Source: Octopus bimaculoides (taxonomy: Eukaryota). Taken from it: a DNA stretch of 64,000 nt. Shown here in pieces: positions 24,869 to 37,769 of the stretch (position 1 is the stretch's first letter; the number at the start of each line of letters is the position of its first letter). A program made the position numbers and the translations under genes. Below the pieces are notes generated by a model, which had not been told where the DNA came from, searched no databases, and worked only from the letters and a program-made list of their open reading frames with translations. The DNA is taken from contig NC_068990.1 in NCBI RefSeq assembly GCF_001194135.2, forward strand, positions 74,013,864-74,077,863, read 5' to 3'.

Positions 24869-26718
24869 TGTTTATATGGTGTGTGTGTTTGTGTGTTTGC
24901 TTTTACGTTCAGTTATAATAAAAACAATTTTACCTTAATCTGAGGAGTTAATCCATAATTTTGTAGAGTACAAATTTATTATTCTTTAACAAGAATAGTA
25001 TTTATTGACAACGACTTTGAAGTTGTGGTCAGCTAAGCCATAAACATGTCAGAGAGGCATTCATAAAAATATATTAACTACTATGCTCTACTATATTCTG
25101 ATATATTGAGTTCTCTATTGTATGACTAGTTTCTTAATCTTTGGATTAAGATAATCAAATGTATATACATACATTCATATATGTTTATATATATATATAT
25201 ATATNNNNNNNNNNNNNNNNNNNNNNNNNNNNNNNNNNNNNNNNNNNNNNNNNNNNNNNNNNNNNNNNNNNNNNNNNNNNNNNNNNNNNNNNNNNNNNNN
25301 NNNNNNNNNNNNNNNNNNNNNNNNNNNNNNNNNNNNNNNNNNNNNNNNNNNNNNNNNNNNNNNNNNNNNNNNNNNNNNNNNNNNNNNNNNNNNNNNNNNN
25401 NNNNNNNNNNNNNNNNNNNNNNNNNNNNNNNNNNNNNNTATATATGTAGGCATATATATACATATGTATGCATATATAGATAGATATGTACATGTGCCTG
25501 TGTGTGTATGTAATTGTCTTCTAATATTTCAAGAGGGATGTCAAAATGAAGAGATGATGGTCAACTTTCAGAGCCTTATGATGAAGGTTGTCGTTTTTAT
25601 TTTGCTTGTTTGTAAATAATTATAATTGATTTGTTACATTTAATCTGGCAGTGATGGAGAAAGAGAAGTGTGAACTGAATGGAATTTACTGATTAAGATA
25701 AATGCTATTTCGTCTCAAAACCGTTATCATCATGAATGTGTTATCATCAATGAATGCGATATCGCACTATAATGATAAAGATCAAAATGCAACCTTTATT
25801 AATAATACACACACACACACACACATACACAATTATATATATATGTATATGCATACATACTGATAGTAAAGCTGATGATGAGAAAATTACATGCATAAAG
25901 ATGAAATTATAGAAATAATTAAGTTAGAAAAGACTAATAACTGACACAAAATATAATAAGGTAACGATATACAAATAAACAAAAATATATAAAAAGATAT
26001 GTGTAAATATACAAATGAAAACAAAACAAAATTAAGACAATAAAAAAGACAAAGACAAGGAAAACAAAAAAGAACTATGATAAAAAAATTATGTGGTGTT
26101 TTTTGTCACAAAGATATTGAAAAACAAAACGTGAAATGAAAACAAACAAACAGACAAACAATAAATGGTAATTTGTAGTTTGATGGACATGAGAGATAAT
26201 GAGAAGTGAGGAATGGATGAAATGGTTGGGCCTATATGGAAGAATCTTTTCTCGTCATTGATTCATATTATCTTACAGTGCTAACGACCTTATTTTGTTT
26301 GTCTTATGCTAATTCTGCAACTGATACATTCAGTCTAAGAACCACTCATTCCTTGCTGAAGAAAAGTGATGAGTACAAAACAGTGAAAAAAAAAATAATT
26401 ATAGAATAAAATAAATGAATGAAACATATAACAAACAAATACGCAAAAAACTATAATGAATAACAGAATTAAAATAATTAATAGAAAAAGAAAACACAAA
26501 AACAAAACATATATATATATATATATTATTGAATATTTATTCACTCATCATCTGTATTTATTTTAGATTCTTGAAATAGTGGCTTTGGATTGGTGTTGGT
26601 TTGTTTATAGGAAGATGATAATGCAGAGAAGAACAAGTCAGTTTATTTGTCTCTGTTTTAAATTCATTCAGCAAGTAACAAAAAAAATGTTTCTTCAGAT
26701 TCTATATGTGTATATATG

Positions 26719-26784
<66 letters not shown>

Positions 26785-26925
26785 CATATATACATATATA
26801 TATACATATATATATATATACACATACATATATATACATACATATATACACACAAATATATATCTATATATGCACATGTACATGTATATTTATATATAGG
26901 TATATGTATATATGTATAGTGTATG

Positions 26926-26971
<46 letters not shown>

Positions 26972-27123
26972 TCTATATATACATACATACATACACACAC
27001 ACACACTTCCTTGTCCTTCATCCTGCCACACAATTTTATGTACATGTCTAAATGGTTATTTAATCTGTTCGATTAAAGTTTCAAATGTGGAAAGCAAAGA
27101 ATAAAATAAAGTACCAAATAATA

Positions 27124-27195
<72 letters not shown>

Positions 27196-28256
27196 GCAAT
27201 AATGATGATGATGAACAAAAATCAGAACAACAGAAATTCAAAATACAATTTTTGTGCTTTTTTGTCTTCATTTTGATTTATTTTTATTGGTAAATAACAA
27301 GATGCAAATTATATATGCCAAACGCTATTTTGTTTTCTTCTCTCTTTTCCATTTTTCTNNNNNNNNNNNNNNNNNNNNNNNNNNNNNNNNNNNNNNNNNN
27401 NNNNNNNNNNNNNNNNNNNNNNNNNNNNNNNNNNNNNNNNNNNNNNNNNNNNNNNNNNNNNNNNNNNNNNNNNNNNNNNNNNNNNNNNNNNNNNNNNNNN
27501 NNNNNNNNNNNNNNNNNNNNNNNNNNNNNNNNNNNNNNNNNNNNNNNNNNNNNNNNNNNNNNNNNNNNNNATATATATATATATATATATATATAAAAGA
27601 CACACACATATATACATACATATATGTATGAGTGTGTGTGTTTAAGCAGAAATATTTTACCCCTAATTGTCATGAATTCATTATTGTTAAAACAGTAGCA
27701 GTAATTTTCAAAAACGAAAAAATACAAAAATGTATGCATATTTGGAGAAAAAATATGTATTATGTGAATCATACAGCACACTTAAAATCTTAAGAAAGTG
27801 GAAAAACAAGAAATTTATTGCATGTCTGATTTGAATTATTTAAATATTTTGTAAAGTTGTTTTATAATTCTGTGACATAAAATTTCCTTAAACTCAGTCA
27901 TAGGTTAATACATTTTTTTTTTGTTTCTTATAAAAGAACAGTAACCAAGAGAACTGACCTCATTTCATAGCCTGTATATTTATTATTTCTTTGAAGAAGA
28001 CGAGGTAAACCCACTCTAGTAAGATTTGAACATAATTTAATTTAATTTATTCAAATTCTTGGATAAATTAAAGTTGTCCATATCATTGGCATGGATAGAA
28101 TGGCTTCAAGCCTATGCATGTTCCATTATGTCTATCCTTGGTTAAATAACCACCTCATCACATTAAATACTATACATAATGCAGTTAATCAAGGGCTGTC
28201 CACTTCTGTTAAATATTGTAGTAAAAAAAGTAGGAACACAGGAAAAATTCCCAATC

Positions 28257-28292
<36 letters not shown>

Positions 28293-28399
28293 ATTATTGA
28301 CAGAAATTGCCTTTTAAGAATCAGTAATCCAAATTATTAACACAGTTCTATATTTAAGAGATGAGGAATTATGTACATTATTTACATTTGACAGACATA

Positions 28400-28483
28400 T
28401 GGCACAGTGGTCAAGAGCGCAGGCTACTAACCCCAAGATTTTGAGTTTGATTCCAGGCAGTGACCTGAATAGTAATAATAATG

Positions 28484-28528
<45 letters not shown>

Positions 28529-28712
28529 TGAACTTCTAACTTGTCTCTTGAGGTCTCTGGATGAGACTTGGATCCAACTTGTACAAGATTCGAAATTTGT
28601 ACCAGATTCGAAATTTCCCGAGACACCTGATGAAGGCTGGAAGGTATATCAGCTGAAACGTTGTGTTAACAACAAACAAGACAAGGACAAAGATCCGTCA
28701 AATGTAAATAAA
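28400..28712 (+). mobile_element. Composite tRNA-head / (AAT)n / hammerhead-tail SINE-like element
   Basis: A-box tggcacagtgg (28400-28410), B-box-like agtttgattcc (28444-28454), (AAT)n 28468-28528, hammerhead 28622-28667. The tail gtcaaatgtaaataa (28697-28711) has a perfect inverted copy at 28378-28392. Confidence 0.8.
28622..28667 (+). ncRNA. Minimal type I hammerhead ribozyme motif
   Basis: GACAC-CUGAUGA-A-GGCUG-(10 nt)-CAGCU-GAA-ACGU-U-GUGUU: complete core, 5-bp stems I and II, palindromic ACGU stem III. Confidence 0.85.
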
Positions 28713-28747
28713 GCCAAATTATTGATATCTGAAAATTATGCCCTGTA

Positions 28748-29095
28748 GATGACAAGTAAGGTCCGATGACTCCATGTGGCGAAACTGCACACCATATTAT
28801 CACCATGCTGATATGTAAAGGGCATTCATGAAATTCTTTAGATTTGTTGTCTTCCCACTACTGATAATTCTTCTTGTCCACATAACCTATGAGATGAAAT
28901 TGGGCCTCAACTGACATCTACAACTTGTTCAGAAATTTGTTGTTTTCATTTATATTTTCCATAATTTTTTGACAGAATTCTAATTGCAATTGGTGATCAT
29001 TCTTCTTCAGTTCCTGCACGATCTGCAACTTGTTTGCATGAAATTTTCAGTCAAAATGGAGAATTTGATGAACATTCTCTTGGAATATTAATAAT
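28748..29095 (-). mobile_element. Tc1/mariner-superfamily transposase fragment, rosa/DD41D-like
   Basis: Minus frame KFHANKLQIVQELKKND...L*MSVEAQFHLIGYVDKKNYQ*W...PLH...WCAVSPHGVIGPY resembles the HPYKIQ.VQEL...SDEAHF.L.GYVNKQN.R.W...LHP.K.TVWC...GIIGPY pattern. Confidence 0.75.
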
Positions 29096-29719
29096 AATTT
29101 GGATTTTTTCTGTTTGTTGGGTTTGAAGTTTTACAGCTGTTTCTGGGATATCCCAGAAAGACCTGAAAAATTTGGAATTTTTCCAATAATAATATTGTAT
29201 ATGACTTGAGATGTTTGACTTGCCTTAAAGCTTGTTGTCCTCTTTAACAATTNNNNNNNNNNATATATATATATAAATACATCATTGCATATACATATAC
29301 AGTTACATACATAAAAACACATACACACACTTTTATATATATATATATTGATATGTTAATAATCTTGTTTCATTATTGAATTGGTCATTATTGTTGATTA
29401 CTTTTTTTTTATCAGTTTGATCTGTAAATAGTAAATATGTATTTGGGTGCATGCAACTCATGTGTGGTCAAAGAAGTTTGCCTCACAACTAACTGGTTCC
29501 AGGTTCAATGCTACTGCAAGACCTTGGTGAGGTGTTTTTTACTATTGTCTTGCTTTGACCAATACTTTGTTAGGGGAAGTTAACAGATTGCAATATTACA
29601 ACCTTAAGAATCTAGGGTTTGCGATGTTGCAAAAATGAAGCAAAACAAAAAAAGCAAGACAATACAAAACAATAAACAAATTTGAAAAGAAAAAAAACGA
29701 CTGTAAAAAATAATTGATA

Positions 29720-29754
<35 letters not shown>

Positions 29755-30438
29755 ACTTGACAAGTGAGGATAATACAAATGAAGACACTGACAAGTGCAA
29801 TGACAATGACAACACAACTGCTGCTGATGATAGTGAGGAAGCGTAGGGGGAGGAAGGGGAGGATGATGATGACGACGATGATGATGATGATGATAATAGT
29901 GATGATGATAGACAGAAATTTAGTCATAATGATGAGGATAAATAGTAAATAGTAGGATGAGGGTAATGATGCTGTTAGTTAGAGACAGGNNNNNNNNNNN
30001 NNNNNNNNNNNNNNNNNNNNNNNNNNNNNNNNNNNNNNNNNNNNNNNNNNNNNNNNNNNNNNNNNNNNNNNNNNNNNNNNNNNNNNNNNNNNNNNNNNNN
30101 NNNNNNNNNNNNNNNNNNNNNNNNNNNNNNNNNNNNNNNNNNNNNNNNNNNNNNNNNNNNNNNNNNNNNNNNNNNNNNNNNNNNNNNNNNNNNNNNNNNN
30201 NNNNNNNNNNNNNNNNNNNNNNNNNNNNNNNNNNNNNNNNNNNNNNNNNNNNNNNNNNNNNNNNNNNNNNNNNNNNNNNNNNNNNNNNNNNNNNNNNNNN
30301 NNNNNNNNNNNNNNNNNNNNNNNNNNNNNNNNNNNNNNNNNNNNNNNNNNNNNNNNNNNNNNNNNNNNNNNNNNNNNNNNNNNNNNNNNNNNNNNNNNNN
30401 NNNNNNNNNNNNNNNNNNNNNNNNNNNNNNNNNNNNNN

Positions 30439-30478
<40 letters not shown>

Positions 30479-30554
30479 GTGATGGTGATGATGATGATGG
30501 TGATGGTGATGGTGATGATAATGATGGTGATGGTGATGATGATGATGGTAATGG

Positions 30555-30599
<45 letters not shown>

Positions 30600-30840
30600 C
30601 GATGACGGCGACGACGACGAGGAAGGAGATGATGATGATGATGATGAGAAGGAGGAGAAAGAGAAAGAGGATGAGGGTGATGATGATGATGTCGCTGATG
30701 ACGATGATGATGAGGAGGAGGAGGAGGAGGAGGAGGAGGAGGAGGAGGAGGAGGAGGTGGAGGAGGTGGCTCATGCGGCTCAGGATAACACTGAAGTCAA
30801 TAACGACAACAAAATGACAGTAACGATGACTATGATGATC
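29720..30840. repeat. (GAT)n/(GGT)n/(GAG)n trinucleotide array spanning a 450-N gap
   Basis: Directly visible. Confidence 0.92.
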
Positions 30841-31164
30841 TAATCGCAAAATCTAATCTCAGTAAAAAAACATCATTCATTACACCTGCTTCTTCATCCC
30901 CTCAAGCTCAGATTTGTCTAATTCTTCAGAGTTTCTCCATGTTGTTTTTTTCTTTCTTGTAGGAAAGCTGCAATTTTCTAAATCACGTGTTAAGTTTTCA
31001 TATTTAGCAGCTGCAGTTAGTCTATGTTCATCATAAGACAATAGCATAGTCACACATAATGAAAATGGACTGTCAACTGTACAATAAAACAACTACTAAT
31101 AATAAAGAGGAAAGAGACATATGTTGTAGTGCACCTGAGCACTGTGTACAATTAGATCAATATT

Positions 31165-31745
31165 CACATGCATGGTTCAGTGGTTACAGTGTTGAGCTTA
31201 CAATCATAAGGTTGTGAGTTTGATTCCCGGACCAAGCTGTGCATTGTGTTCTTGAGCAAGACACTTTATCTCATGTTGCTCCAGTTCACTCAGCTGTAGA
31301 AATGAGTTGTGATGTCACTGGTGCCAAGCTGTATTGTCCTTTGCCTTTCCCGTGGACAATATTAGTAGTGTGGAGAAGTGAGGCAGGTCTGCATGGATAA
31401 CTGCTGGTCTTTCACAAACAACCTTAGTCCTTTCTATTATAGGTACAAGACCTGGATTTTTGATGGGAGGGGGACAGTTGATCTCATCGAACCTAATAAA
31501 CAATTGGTACTTAATTTATCAATCCCAAAAGGATGAAAAGCAAAGTCGAACTTGATGGAATTTGGACTCAGAATGTAACAGCAGACGAAATACCACTAAG
31601 CATTTCACCCCATGTGCTAATGATTCTGTGCCTCCGAGGCACAGAATCTATGGACTTGTGGACTCTGTGGACTTGTAGAAGGGTAACATTCTAGGTGCAA
31701 TCCCATGGTCATGCACGAATGACGAAGATCTTTACCCTTTTTACC
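31165..31745 (+). mobile_element. SINE family D interrupted by an antisense family A SINE (about 31430-31625)
   Basis: The D body stops at ...aaacaaccttagtcc and resumes at ...tgtgcctccg...ctaggtgcaatcccatgg. An uninterrupted partial D copy at 31770-32020 allows comparison. Confidence 0.75.
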
Positions 31746-32223
31746 CTATATATATTACTGGACTGGGCTGACTGTTGTGTTCTTGAGCAAGGCTTTATTT
31801 CACATGGTTCCAGTTCACTCAGCTGTAGAAATAAGTTGTGACGTCACTCATGCCAGACTGTATTGGTCTTTACCTTTCCCTTGGACAACATCAATAGTGT
31901 GGAGAGGGGAGGCTGGTATGCATGGACAACTGTTGGTCTTCCATAAACAATCTTGCTCAGGACTTGTGCCCAGAAAGGGAATTTTCTAGGTGCAATCCCA
32001 TGGTTATTCGTGGCCTTTACTTTACATCATCATAGTTTTAATGTCCAGTATTCTATTCTCACACATAGAATTTGGTGATGCAGATGTTTTTCGAAGCTGA
32101 ACATTTTTCCTGTTATCAGCCTTTACCTATTTTCAAAGCAAGGCTATATTTCCTCTTTGCCAGAGATGCTTTGTCACAAAAAGAATGGGAATAAAAAAAA
32201 CATTGCTTGTATAGGCCCAGGAG

Positions 32224-32684
32224 GGGCTGTGTGGTAAGTAGCTTGCTTACCAGCCGCATGGTTCCGGGTTCAGTCCCACTGCATGGCATCTTGGGCAAGT
32301 GTCTTTTACTATAGCCTCGGGCCGACCAATGCCTTGTGAGTGAATTTGGTAGACGGAAACTGAAAGAAGCCTGTTGACCTCGGTGGAATTTGAACTCAGA
32401 ACATAGCAGCAGATGAAATACCGCTAAGCATTTCACCCGGCGTTTCTTATTTCTTTATTGCCCACAAGGGGCTAAACATAGAGGGGACAAACAAGGACAG
32501 ACAAAGGGAATAAGTCGATTACATCGACCCCAGCACATAACTGGCACTTAATTTATTGACCTCGAAAAGATGAAAGGCAAAGTCGACCTCGGCGGAATTT
32601 GAACTCAGAATGTAGCAACAGATGAAATACCGCTAAGCATTTCACCCGGCGTGCTAACGTTTCTGCCAGCTCGCCGCCTTAAAC
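32224..32684. repeat. 461-bp segment duplicated identically at 33415-33875 across an N gap
   Basis: The sequence on both sides of gap 32685-33414 is the same SINE B head plus two antisense SINE A pieces. Confidence 0.92.
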
Positions 32685-34124
32685 NNNNNNNNNNNNNNNN
32701 NNNNNNNNNNNNNNNNNNNNNNNNNNNNNNNNNNNNNNNNNNNNNNNNNNNNNNNNNNNNNNNNNNNNNNNNNNNNNNNNNNNNNNNNNNNNNNNNNNNN
32801 NNNNNNNNNNNNNNNNNNNNNNNNNNNNNNNNNNNNNNNNNNNNNNNNNNNNNNNNNNNNNNNNNNNNNNNNNNNNNNNNNNNNNNNNNNNNNNNNNNNN
32901 NNNNNNNNNNNNNNNNNNNNNNNNNNNNNNNNNNNNNNNNNNNNNNNNNNNNNNNNNNNNNNNNNNNNNNNNNNNNNNNNNNNNNNNNNNNNNNNNNNNN
33001 NNNNNNNNNNNNNNNNNNNNNNNNNNNNNNNNNNNNNNNNNNNNNNNNNNNNNNNNNNNNNNNNNNNNNNNNNNNNNNNNNNNNNNNNNNNNNNNNNNNN
33101 NNNNNNNNNNNNNNNNNNNNNNNNNNNNNNNNNNNNNNNNNNNNNNNNNNNNNNNNNNNNNNNNNNNNNNNNNNNNNNNNNNNNNNNNNNNNNNNNNNNN
33201 NNNNNNNNNNNNNNNNNNNNNNNNNNNNNNNNNNNNNNNNNNNNNNNNNNNNNNNNNNNNNNNNNNNNNNNNNNNNNNNNNNNNNNNNNNNNNNNNNNNN
33301 NNNNNNNNNNNNNNNNNNNNNNNNNNNNNNNNNNNNNNNNNNNNNNNNNNNNNNNNNNNNNNNNNNNNNNNNNNNNNNNNNNNNNNNNNNNNNNNNNNNN
33401 NNNNNNNNNNNNNNGGGCTGTGTGGTAAGTAGCTTGCTTACCAGCCGCATGGTTCCGGGTTCAGTCCCACTGCATGGCATCTTGGGCAAGTGTCTTTTAC
33501 TATAGCCTCGGGCCGACCAATGCCTTGTGAGTGAATTTGGTAGACGGAAACTGAAAGAAGCCTGTTGACCTCGGTGGAATTTGAACTCAGAACATAGCAG
33601 CAGATGAAATACCGCTAAGCATTTCACCCGGCGTTTCTTATTTCTTTATTGCCCACAAGGGGCTAAACATAGAGGGGACAAACAAGGACAGACAAAGGGA
33701 ATAAGTCGATTACATCGACCCCAGCACATAACTGGCACTTAATTTATTGACCTCGAAAAGATGAAAGGCAAAGTCGACCTCGGCGGAATTTGAACTCAGA
33801 ATGTAGCAACAGATGAAATACCGCTAAGCATTTCACCCGGCGTGCTAACGTTTCTGCCAGCTCGCCGCCTTAAACATTTAATGCCACCTTAAATGCCTTA
33901 ATGCTTCTACCAGCTCTGCATGCTAACGATTCTGCCAGCTCACTGCCGTACTTGTTTCAGCCATTAGACTGTGGATGTGCTGGGGCACTCCCTTGAAGAG
34001 TTTTTAGTTGAATGAATTGACCCCAGTCTTTAATTTTAAATAAAAAACCTTGTACTTAGTCTATTGGTTTCTGTTGTCAAGCAGTTGAGGGGACACCCCC
34101 CCCCACACCCACACCCACACACAC

Positions 34125-34382
34125 ACATGCTGGTGACATGCGAAAAGCACCATTCAAGCGTGGTCATTGCCAGTGTCGCCTTACCGGCACATGTGCTGGT
34201 GGAATGTAAAAAGCACCCACTACACTCTCGGAGTGGTTGGCATTTGGAAGGGCATCCAGCTGTAGAAACTTTGCCAGATCAGATTGAGTCTGGTGCAGTC
34301 TCTGGCTCACAAGTCCTCAGTGAAAATGTCCAACCCATGCCAGCATGGAAAGCAGACGTTAAACGACGATGAGGATGATGAT
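34125..34382 (+). mobile_element. SINE family C with (GAT)n tail
   Basis: ctcggagtggttggcatttggaagggcatccagctgtagaaac...gttaaacgacgatgaggatgatg. Confidence 0.82.
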
Positions 34383-35685
34383 ATATATTATATACACACA
34401 GACATACATATGGTAGGCTTCTTTCAGTTTCTCTCCATTAAATTCACTTACAAGACTTTAGTTGGCCTTGGGAAATTGAACAAGACACGTGCCCAAGGTG
34501 TCATGCAGTGGGATGGAACCCAGGACCATGCAGTTGGGAAGCAAACTTCTTATCACACAATTATGCCTGTGCCTATGACGACATTAAAAAAAAAAATTTA
34601 TGCTATATTCTTACAAGTAATCCTATAGAAAATTGTTACATTAGAGCTAAATCTATCTTATGTGCGTCAATGACAGATTCGTTAACTGATTTCTTAACCA
34701 TTAACACTGTCTCTAATGAGGTTTGTATTATAGAATCTTGTCAAAGTATATTTAGCTAAGATATAAAGTTTTCTTCTTAACTGCTGATATAATGTGGCAC
34801 ATCAATTAAGTACTTTCACTTATTATAGTATCCTAATTTCTTTATTTTCCATGTGGGATGACACCAAGCTCTTAATTGTCTAATAAAAGAAAATCTTAAT
34901 TAATATTTATTTGTTGACTGTCAGTGCTTCAGGATATAATTCATTGTTCCAGGTGAATTAGTTTCCATTTAAAGGACCTTCGACTGCTACTTTACCAAAT
35001 CTCTCTCTCTTGTCTCTCACACCACAATCCCCACTCTCTCTCTCTCTCTCACCACTCTCAATCCCCTCCCACTCTCACTTATCCTATTACTTTATTGTGT
35101 CTTTCGTCTTTCTCTTTCGCTCTCTTTCACTGTTTCCCAATTCTGTCTCGCTTTCGTTTTTCACTTTCTCCTCCTGTCTCATACACAAGCAGCGTCAGTC
35201 TTTGATTTTTTTTTCTACCCAAAACTCTTTTATTGTGGAAGCTATGAGGTTATGAAGATCTCAAAATATTGATAACTTAATGACATTAGAAACAAAATGA
35301 GATGAAAATTAATAATCATATTTCCATGAAGATATTTTTAATCTTAACCCTACTACATTGAATTAATAGAATGAAAGAGACGAATAATGAATTCATTATT
35401 TGAATTATTTCTGAGTTGAACCAGACAAGGATTTGTTCACATTTCAGAAGAAGAATATATACATTATAAATACATATGTATATAAACATACATACATACA
35501 TACATGCATACATACATACATACATACATACATACATACATACATACATTCATACATACGTATATATGTGTATATATATATGTGTGTGTATATATATATA
35601 TATATACTATGGATGTATATATGCATGTATGTATATGTATGTATGTATATATGCATGGATGTATATATGCATTTANNNNNNNNNN

Positions 35686-35775
<90 letters not shown>

Positions 35776-36472
35776 CATATACATATATACGGTGGGCTTC
35801 TTTCAGTTTCCCTCTACCAAATACACTCACAAGGCTTTGGTCAGCCTGAATCTATAGTAGAAGACACTTGCCCAAAATGCCATGCAGTTAGACTGAACCC
35901 TGAACCATGTGGCTGGTAAGCAAGCTACTTACCACACAGCCACTCCTATATATATATATATAATGTGTGTGTGTATATTTCTGTAATATGAAAAAAGAAA
36001 ACAAAGAAATGTAGCATTACCCATGGGATTCAAATGCTGCATTTGCTGTATACTGTATAGGTGTACTTACCACAATGCTAAATGACATCACAACCCTTGA
36101 CAGCCTAAATTAGTACACTTAAATTAAGAAGGTACAATGATATACTAGTGACCTGTCAAAAGAGATTTCTGTCTACACAGTATTCAAGCTACAGTAATGT
36201 ATATACATCTATACTAACGCATGCTCACACACACACATACACATACACACGCACACACAAATGCACACACACACACACACACACACTTACTTATATGTAT
36301 GTTTGTATGCATGTGTTCATGTATGAATATATTATATAATAAAGGAAGATAGAAATATGTTGTGACATTGCCTGTGGGATTCAGCAGTTAAGTCTGTTGT
36401 TCACCATGTAGGTGTTTTAACAACTACACCCAAGTAATGTCACAACACATAACTGTCTAAATTATCTATATG

Positions 36473-36505
<33 letters not shown>

Positions 36506-36838
36506 NNNNNNNNNNNNNNNNNNNNNNNNNNNNNNNNNNNNNNNNNNNNNNNNNNNNNNNNNNNNNNNNNNNNNNNNNNNNNNNNNNNNNNNNNNNNNNN
36601 NNNNNNNNNNNNNNNNNNNNNNNNNNNNNNNNNNNNNNNNNNNNNNNNNNNNNNNNNNNNNNNNNNNNNNNNNNNNNNNNNNNNNNNNNNNNNNNNNNNN
36701 NNNNNNNNNNNNNNNNNNNNNNNNNNNNNNNNNNNNNNNNNNNNNNNNNNNNNNNNNNNNNNNNNNNNNNNNNNNNNNNNNNNNNNNNNNNNNNNNNNNN
36801 NNNNNNNNNNNNNNNNNNNNNNNNNNNNNCTATATATA

Positions 36839-37265
36839 GGCGCAGGAGTGGTTGTGTGGTAAGTAGCTTGACTACCGACCACATGGTTCCGGGTTCAGTC
36901 CCACTGCGTGGGATCTTGTGCAAGTGTCTTCTACTATAGCCTCGGACTGACCAAAGCCTTGTGAGTGGATTTGTTAGATGAAAACTGAAAGAATCCCGTT
37001 ACATATATGTATATATATGTGTCTATGTATGTTTGTGTGTATGTATGTTTGTGTGTATGTTTGTGTGTCTGTCTTTGTCCCCCTAGCATTGCCTGACAAC
37101 TAATGCTGGTGTGTTTATGTCCCCATCACTTAGCGGTTCAGCATAAATGACCGATAGAATAAGTACTAGGCTTACAAAGTCCCAGGGTCAATTTGCTCGA
37201 CTAAAGGTGGTGCTCCAGCATGGCCGCAGTCAAGTGACTGAAACAAATAAAAGAGTAAAAGAGTA
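36839..37265 (+). mobile_element. Full-length SINE family B
   Basis: ggcgcaggagtggttgtgtggtaag...aaagagtaaaagagta. Confidence 0.9.
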
Positions 37266-37297
<32 letters not shown>

Positions 37298-37306
37298 TTT
37301 ATTCGT

Positions 37307-37540
37307 TCTTTTATTATCCTTTTACTTGCTTCAGTCATTTGACTGTAGCCATGCTGGAGCACCACCTTTAGTTGAATAAATCAACCCCAGGACCTATTCT
37401 TTGTGAGCCTAGTACTTATTCTATCAGTCTCTTTTTGCTGAATCAGTAAGTGATGGGGACATAAACACACCAATACCAGTTGTCAAGCGATGGTGGGGGA
37501 ACAAAACACAGACACAGACAACAAACATATACATACATAT

Positions 37541-37604
<64 letters not shown>

Positions 37605-37762
37605 GAATATATGATGGGCTTCTTTCTGTTTCCACTCACAAGGCTTTCGTTGATTCGAGGCTATAGTAGAAGACACTTGCCCAAGGTGTCATGCAGTAGG
37701 ACTGAACCCGGAACCATGCATTTGGGATGCAAGCTTCTTACCACACTGCTACTCTTGCACCT
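37307..37762 (-). mobile_element. Full-length SINE family B, antisense, tail-to-tail with the previous copy
   Basis: Reverse complement of family B with an internal (CA)n. Confidence 0.85.
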
Positions 37763-37769
37763 AAATATA

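Noticed and set aside
26279-26358. Minus-strand exon-like segment (ttttcttcAG ... GTAAGA)
   Set aside because: All three frames contain stops and there is no supporting partner exon.
28400-28465. tRNA gene
   Set aside because: A and B boxes are present but there is no complete cloverleaf or acceptor stem. It is a SINE head, as are the family A and B heads.
28758-28795. Hammerhead-like ccgatga...gaaac
   Set aside because: Core and stems are imperfect, and the stretch is explained as antisense transposase coding sequence (WCAVSPHGVIGPY).
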